DNA of 64,000 nucleotides from Phycisphaeraceae bacterium (GTDB taxonomy: Bacteria; Planctomycetota; Phycisphaerae; Phycisphaerales; Zrk34): positions 1 to 64,000 of the forward strand of contig JBBDRF010000087.1 of the NCBI GenBank assembly GCA_040905565.1. Reading direction: 5' to 3'. The notes below the pieces were generated by a model. That model made no database searches and was not told where the DNA came from. It saw nothing but the letters and a program-made list of their open reading frames with translations. The translations under genes were made by a program, and so were the position numbers. Shown here in pieces: positions 58,966 through 64,000 of this stretch (position 1 is its first letter; every line of letters starts with the position of its first letter).

Positions 58966-60027
58966 ATGAGCGAAAACCCTGAAAAGCCCCAGGACGTGGC
59001 CGCACTCACAGACGAGCTCCGCACCGCACATCAGCGCATGGTCGAGGAGATCGGCAAGGTGATCGTGGGCCAGACCGAGGTGATCGACCAGATCCTGATC
59101 TCGCTTTTCTGCCAGGGTCATGCCGTGCTGGTCGGCGTGCCGGGGCTGGCGAAGACGCTGCTGGTTTCGACGATCAGCCGCACGCTCAGCCTCGAATTTT
59201 CACGCATCCAGTTCACGCCCGACCTCATGCCTTCGGACATCACCGGCACCGAGATGATCGAGGAAGACAAGGCCACCGGCCGGCGCGAGCTTCGCTTCGT
59301 GAAGGGCCCCGTCTTCGCGAACGTGCTGCTGGCTGACGAGATCAACCGCACGCCGCCGAAGACGCAGGCTGCCCTGCTTGAAGCGATGCAGGAACATCAG
59401 GTCACGGCCAGCGGCGAGAAGCATCATCTGCCCGAGCCGTTCTTCGTGCTGGCGACGCAGAACCCGATCGAGCAGGAGGGCACGTACCCGCTTCCCGAGG
59501 CCCAGCTGGACCGGTTCATGTTCGAAATCCGCGTCGGTTACCCCACCGAGCAGGAGGAGCTGGATATCGTCAGGCGGACCACCGCTGCGTTCGAATCGCA
59601 CCTCGCCCCGGTGCTCGATGCGGACAAGGTGATGGAGATTCAGAAGCTGGTGCGGGATGTTCCCGTGGCCGATCACGTGATCCGCTACGCCCTGAGGCTG
59701 GTGCGGGCGACACGCATCAGCGAGAAGGACGCCGTGCGGCCGGACTTCGTTGATCAGTACCTCGCCTGGGGTGCCGGTCCGCGCGCCAGCCAGTACCTGA
59801 TTCTCGCAGGCAAGGCCCGGGCGATTCTGGACGGCCGCAGCCACGTGGAGCCGGCCGACATCCGCGCCGTGGCCCACCCTGTGCTCAGGCATCGGCTCAT
59901 CACCAACTTCAACGCCGAGGCCGACGGCATCGACAGCGACACCGTCATTGACCGGCTGCTGGCTCATGTGAGCGAAGACGGCACCGACGCGGCCACCAAG
60001 CGTGAACTCGATCAGGTGATGCGATAA
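58966..60027 (+). CDS. MoxR family AAA+ ATPase
   Basis: [55 protein letters not shown]. Confidence 0.95.
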   Translation: MSENPEKPQDVAALTDELRTAHQRMVEEIGKVIVGQTEVIDQILISLFCQGHAVLVGVPGLAKTLLVSTISRTLSLEFSRIQFTPDLMPSDITGTEMIEEDKATGRRELRFVKGPVFANVLLADEINRTPPKTQAALLEAMQEHQVTASGEKHHLPEPFFVLATQNPIEQEGTYPLPEAQLDRFMFEIRVGYPTEQEELDIVRRTTAAFESHLAPVLDADKVMEIQKLVRDVPVADHVIRYALRLVRATRISEKDAVRPDFVDQYLAWGAGPRASQYLILAGKARAILDGRSHVEPADIRAVAHPVLRHRLITNFNAEADGIDSDTVIDRLLAHVSEDGTDAATKRELDQVMR

Positions 60028-60057
60028 ACTGATGCGTGAGATTGCGGAAACGCAAAG

Positions 60058-60326
60058 ATATCCACAACGGTGTATAATCCCGCAAACGTTCTCGGACCTT
60101 GCCTTTACGCCCGAGGCTGTTAAGCTGACTGGGCATCGTGTGGCGGGCATACGAAGCCTTCTCCGCTGTAAGCTTCTTCGCGAATTATGCTTGCAATGAC
60201 GCATCGGCCCATGAAAACGGCCTTTTCCGCTTTGCCGATGTGAGCGATGGATGTGAAACCGGTGAAGACGGCACCTAAGTGCCGATGAAACAAGCGTGAA
60301 CCGCAGCAGTGCACAGGTTATCCACA
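60058..60326 (+). promoter_or_regulatory. Further DnaA boxes between moxR and nuoH
   Basis: ATATCCACA 60058-60066; TTATCCACA 60318-60326. Confidence 0.5.
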
Positions 60327-60421
60327 TTGTGCCCGCCCCGCCGCTTGCGTGCGTGGGCCGCCTCCGTTAGAACTGCTCAACCCGGACTTTCTCCGCATCC
60401 ACAGGCTGGAAGATTCGCACC

Positions 60422-61846
60422 GTGGCTCAGTTAATTACCTCCATCGTCGTCGCCTTGATCATCATGCACGTGTTCCTGCTGGGCACGGCGTACCTGATTC
60501 TGCTGGAGCGCAAAATCGCTTCGTGGGCGCAGGATCGCATCGGCCCCAACCGCGTGGGCCTCGGCGGGCTTGTTCGCCCCGTCGGCAACCTCGCCGTCGG
60601 TGCCCTGCTCGCGCCGTTCTGGGCGGTCGGCCTGTTCCGCGATGTCGATCCCGACCGCATCTGGCAGTCGCCCGGCGGGCAGAAAGCAGCCACGTTCCAC
60701 TGCTGGGGCTTCGGGCAGCCGCTGGCCGACGGCATCAAGTTCCTCATGAAAGAGGACTACAACCCCCGGGCTGTCGATAAGACGCTGTTCATGCTCGCGC
60801 CCGTCCTCGCCGTCATCCCCGCACTCATCGGCTGGGCTGTGGTCCCCTGGGGCGGTGACCTTGTGACGCCTTGGGGCGTCGTGTCGTTGGTCGTGGCCGA
60901 TATCAATATCGGCGTGGTGTACATCCTGGCGATCGGGTCACTGGCGGTTTACGGTCTCGCGCTCGGCGGCTGGGCCTCGAACAACAAATACACGTTCCTC
61001 GGCGGCATCCGAGGCACCGCACAGATGCTCAGCTACGAAATTCCGATGGGCATCTGCGTCCTCGTCGTCATCCTCCTCGCCGGCTCCGCCTCCGCCACCG
61101 ACCTCGTCCAAAGCCAGGTCGGCTACTGGTTCGGCGTGATTCCCAGCTGGTACATCCTCCAGCAGCCGCTCGCGGCGGTCCTGTTCTTCATCTGCCTGCT
61201 CGCTGAATCCAACCGCGCCCCGTTCGACCTCGCCGAGGCTGAGCAGGAGCTCATCGGCGGGTTCCATACCGAATACTCGTCCATGAAATTCGCCCTGTTC
61301 TTCCTCGGCGAATACATGCACATGCTCACCGCAGCGGCCTTCTTCACGATCCTGTTCCTCGGCGGCTGGCACCTGCCGTTCGTGGACTACCTGCTCTACG
61401 GTGGCGCTCAGGCGATCACCGGAGCCGGTGCGGGCGGCGGACTCATGGGCTTCCTCACCGAACTGGGCATCCCCGTGTTCGTGGTCGGCCTGCTCGGTGC
61501 GATTATCAAGATCAAGGTCTTCCTTGCGAAGATGCTGCTGCTCGTGGCGATCATGATGTGGATCCGCTGGACCGTCCCCCGCTTCCGCTTCGATCAGCTC
61601 ATGCGACTCGCGTGGCGCGGCATGATCCCCATCGCCATCCTCATCCTCCTGGTCACCGGCACGATGGTCTTCTTCCATCTGGCCAACTACATGTGGCTGG
61701 CGAACCTTGGGATGCTGGCGTTCATCCTGGCGATCGTGCCGTTCGTCCCGGAGGACACGCAGGTCAACCGCCGCGTGCAGCTCAGCGGCTCACGCTTCAG
61801 CGGCCTCACCCCCGAGCCTACGCCGCCGTCCACGCAGACGCCCTGA
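60422..61846 (+). CDS. nuoH: NADH-quinone oxidoreductase subunit H
   Basis: ERK...QDRIGPNRVG, QPLADGIK, AQMLSYE, NRAPFDLAEAEQEL, PRFRFDQLM. Confidence 0.96.
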   Translation: MAQLITSIVVALIIMHVFLLGTAYLILLERKIASWAQDRIGPNRVGLGGLVRPVGNLAVGALLAPFWAVGLFRDVDPDRIWQSPGGQKAATFHCWGFGQPLADGIKFLMKEDYNPRAVDKTLFMLAPVLAVIPALIGWAVVPWGGDLVTPWGVVSLVVADINIGVVYILAIGSLAVYGLALGGWASNNKYTFLGGIRGTAQMLSYEIPMGICVLVVILLAGSASATDLVQSQVGYWFGVIPSWYILQQPLAAVLFFICLLAESNRAPFDLAEAEQELIGGFHTEYSSMKFALFFLGEYMHMLTAAAFFTILFLGGWHLPFVDYLLYGGAQAITGAGAGGGLMGFLTELGIPVFVVGLLGAIIKIKVFLAKMLLLVAIMMWIRWTVPRFRFDQLMRLAWRGMIPIAILILLVTGTMVFFHLANYMWLANLGMLAFILAIVPFVPEDTQVNRRVQLSGSRFSGLTPEPTPPSTQTP

Positions 61847-61983
61847 CCGCGCCGACCGCGCCGATCATGTTCGCCTCGTTGAAAACCCCTACCGCCTGCG
61901 CGGGCTTCGTTCGATGCCCCGCCACCAGCCGCCCGGCCTAGAGTGCCAGCGGTAACGGATCATTCGGCGAGAGGGGGCGGGCC

Positions 61984-62367
61984 ATGGCTGGGCAGATCAC
62001 ACAGCAATTCATCGACGCACTGCATCGTCTGGAAGACGATCGCGACCACGATACGATCGCGTCGCTGTTCGATGACAATGCGGAACTCATGAACGTCGCG
62101 CGCGAGACGCAGCCGCACGGCCGGGACGGGGCCGAGGCGTTCTGGGACGACTATCGAAGCGTCTTCGATCGCATCCATTCCGAGTTCACCTCGATCAAGG
62201 AAGGCGACAACTTCGCTGTGCTCGAATGGCACGCCGGCGGCACCCTCGCCAACGGTGCGCCGATCGAGTACGACGGCGTCAGCGTGCTGGAGTTCGCCAG
62301 CGACCACATTTCCCGGTTCGCCACGTACTTCGATTCGCGCGCCTTCGCCCGCACCCATCCCGCTTAA
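61984..62367 (+). CDS. SnoaL-like/NTF2 family protein
   Basis: IASLFDDNA, GRDGAEAFW, AVLEW, YDGVSVLEF, YFD. Confidence 0.85.
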   Translation: MAGQITQQFIDALHRLEDDRDHDTIASLFDDNAELMNVARETQPHGRDGAEAFWDDYRSVFDRIHSEFTSIKEGDNFAVLEWHAGGTLANGAPIEYDGVSVLEFASDHISRFATYFDSRAFARTHPA

Positions 62368-62387
62368 CGCTGTGGAAAAGCGACGCC

Positions 62388-63317
62388 GTGCCCAGACGAT
62401 CTTCCGCCAGATCCGACGCCGATCCCACCATCACGCCCCGCCTAGGTCTCGTGTGTGTGACCGCTTCGGAAACAATCCGCTTCCGGGTGGTCACTCGCGC
62501 CCGGTTCCTCAGGCTAAGCGAAGCCGAACAGCGGGTCGTTCTTGATGAACTTTATCGCACGAACTTGGCCCGCCTGATCCGCGCGCTGCGGTTCTGCGAT
62601 CGCGAAGCCATACGCCTCTACCGGGCGACGTCCAACCTGTTCCCGCTATGCGACGAGCCGGTGGGCGAGCAGGTGATTGATGCGCTCGCGCCGGAGCTTG
62701 GGCAGGTTGGCCCGCTGGCGGAGAAGCTGGGCATTCGCGTGGTCGCCCATCCTGATCAGTTCGTGGTGCTGAGTTCGGAGACGCCGCGCGTCGTCGCCAC
62801 CAGCGTGCACATCATGCGAAGGCACGCCCGGGTTTTCGATCTGCTGGGTCTGCCGCGGTCGCCCTGGTCCTGCCTGATTCTGCACGGCGGCAAGACCGGT
62901 CGCAGCGACGAACTCGCCCAAGCCATAGAGTCCCTGCCCGAGGCTATCCGTCGGCGGCTGGTGCTGGAAAATGACGAGCGCGCTTACTCGGCTCAAGAGA
63001 TTCTCAACGTCTGCCGGCACACCGGCGTGCCGATGGTTTTCGACGTTCATCATCATGTGATCAAGGAAGGTCTGCCCGATTTTGAGCACCCCAGCATCGC
63101 CGAGATGCTCGACGCTGCGCGCGAAACCTGGCCCGACCCCGCCTGGCAGCTGGTGCATCTTTCCAACGGCCACGACGGCATCGCCGATCCCCGCCACAGC
63201 GAGATGATCACCGTCTATCCCAGCGCCTTCGCGCGCGTGCCTTGGATCGAAGTCGAAGCCAAGGGCAAGGAGAAGGCCATCGCTGAGCTTCGACGCATCT
63301 GGCCCGGCGCCCGCTGA
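62388..63317 (+). CDS. uvsE: UV DNA damage endonuclease UvsE
   Basis: LGLVC, LYR.TS.LFP, HPDQFVVLSS, LVLENDE, FDVHHH, EVEAKGKE. Confidence 0.92.
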   Translation: MPRRSSARSDADPTITPRLGLVCVTASETIRFRVVTRARFLRLSEAEQRVVLDELYRTNLARLIRALRFCDREAIRLYRATSNLFPLCDEPVGEQVIDALAPELGQVGPLAEKLGIRVVAHPDQFVVLSSETPRVVATSVHIMRRHARVFDLLGLPRSPWSCLILHGGKTGRSDELAQAIESLPEAIRRRLVLENDERAYSAQEILNVCRHTGVPMVFDVHHHVIKEGLPDFEHPSIAEMLDAARETWPDPAWQLVHLSNGHDGIADPRHSEMITVYPSAFARVPWIEVEAKGKEKAIAELRRIWPGAR

Positions 63318-63327
63318 GGCCTCGCCG

Positions 63328-64000
63328 TTATCGCGCGTCCGGCGTGCCGGTCGAAAGCTTCTGCTTGCGGATCAATCTCACCAGCTGCGAAGGCGTCACG
63401 ACCTCGATGTCCGAGCTGAGCTTCTCCGCCGTCCACAGAATCGGCAGGTAGCCCTGCTCAGCATCCGGGTTGGATCGATCGACCTCTTCAGCTTCGTAAG
63501 GCGTGCCCAGCGGCTGCGGCTGAAACTTCGACCACGCATGCACGATCACCCATGCATACTGATCTTCCGGGCCCGCCACGGGCCGTTTCGCCCATGCGTT
63601 CAACGCGTCGGCAACCTTGTTCGGTGAGCCCCCAAATGCGCTGTCCCCATGATTCTGCCAGATCTGATACTTCGGGCTGATCACCAGCAGCGGGTCCGCC
63701 TCGTCACGCTCATACCACATCATCTCACCCTGCCCCGCTGCGTATGGCGCGTACTGCACCGCGAAGATGGCATCGAGATGAGGCATCTGCTCAGCGTAAA
63801 CGCGGTACGCATTCTGAGCGCCCGCGCCGTTCCAGTCTTTGAAGATCACGCCCGCACTGCCGATGCCGGTGGCCTTGAGATAGCCATCCACGCGCGACGC
63901 ATGTGCCGCCATATCCTCCAGCCCGCCGGCCTTGGCTCCGAACGTGTCGGGATAGTGGTAGCCGCCGATGCCGTAGAGCAGCACGTCGTCATTGGCGGTG
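63328..64000 (-). CDS. C-terminal part of a GxGYxYP-like (putative glycoside hydrolase) protein, runs off the window
   Basis: GIGGYHYP and IVHAWS motifs; frame open to the window edge. Confidence 0.6.
   Translation of the reverse strand, partial: TANDDVLLYGIGGYHYPDTFGAKAGGLEDMAAHASRVDGYLKATGIGSAGVIFKDWNGAGAQNAYRVYAEQMPHLDAIFAVQYAPYAAGQGEMMWYERDEADPLLVISPKYQIWQNHGDSAFGGSPNKVADALNAWAKRPVAGPEDQYAWVIVHAWSKFQPQPLGTPYEAEEVDRSNPDAEQGYLPILWTAEKLSSDIEVVTPSQLVRLIRKQKLSTGTPDAR

Noticed and set aside
1..64000. CRISPR array or cas genes
   Set aside because: No run of three or more regularly spaced repeats and no cas motifs; all repeats found are pairs

Overview
High-GC bacterial chromosomal DNA. The gene content (PQQ-like propellers, prenyltransferase-repeat protein, MoxR, a dispersed nuoH) suggests Planctomycetota, probably Phycisphaerae; this is inference. 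The main feature is a ~30.4 kb integrative element (7479-37931) inserted at the 3' end of tRNA-Glu(CTC) and bounded by an exact 21-bp att repeat. It carries (i) a mobility/recombination arm: tyrosine integrase, excisionase, large serine recombinase, a Zn-finger-less RadA/Sms-like ATPase, a Mu Gam-like protein and an XRE regulator; (ii) a type III R-M operon interleaved with a Schlafen-ATPase, a MORC/GHKL nuclease and a RelE-UvrD fusion; (iii) modification-dependent restriction genes (SBD-HNH, SauUSI-like PLD-helicase-DUF3427) plus NERD, GIY-YIG and NucS-like nucleases; (iv) a WYL regulator. The best candidates for undescribed biology are a perfect CTGACA-N6-TGTCAG operator/promoter followed by a ~300-nt highly structured, GGA-loop-rich non-coding region and an RHH gene at the head of the type IV restriction cluster, and the Gam + RadA-like + serine recombinase operon. 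Left of the island are a relic of a paralogous integrase end, two orphan sensor kinases (one with a nonsense codon), a REP-flanked low-GC gene and a VanZ-MurJ fusion. Right of it are housekeeping genes (iscS, argJ, recQ, tgt-yajC-secDF, rpmE, prfA, moxR, nuoH, uvsE) and a candidate replication origin with DnaA boxes and DnaA-trio-like repeats. All family calls are by motif recognition; no searches were run.
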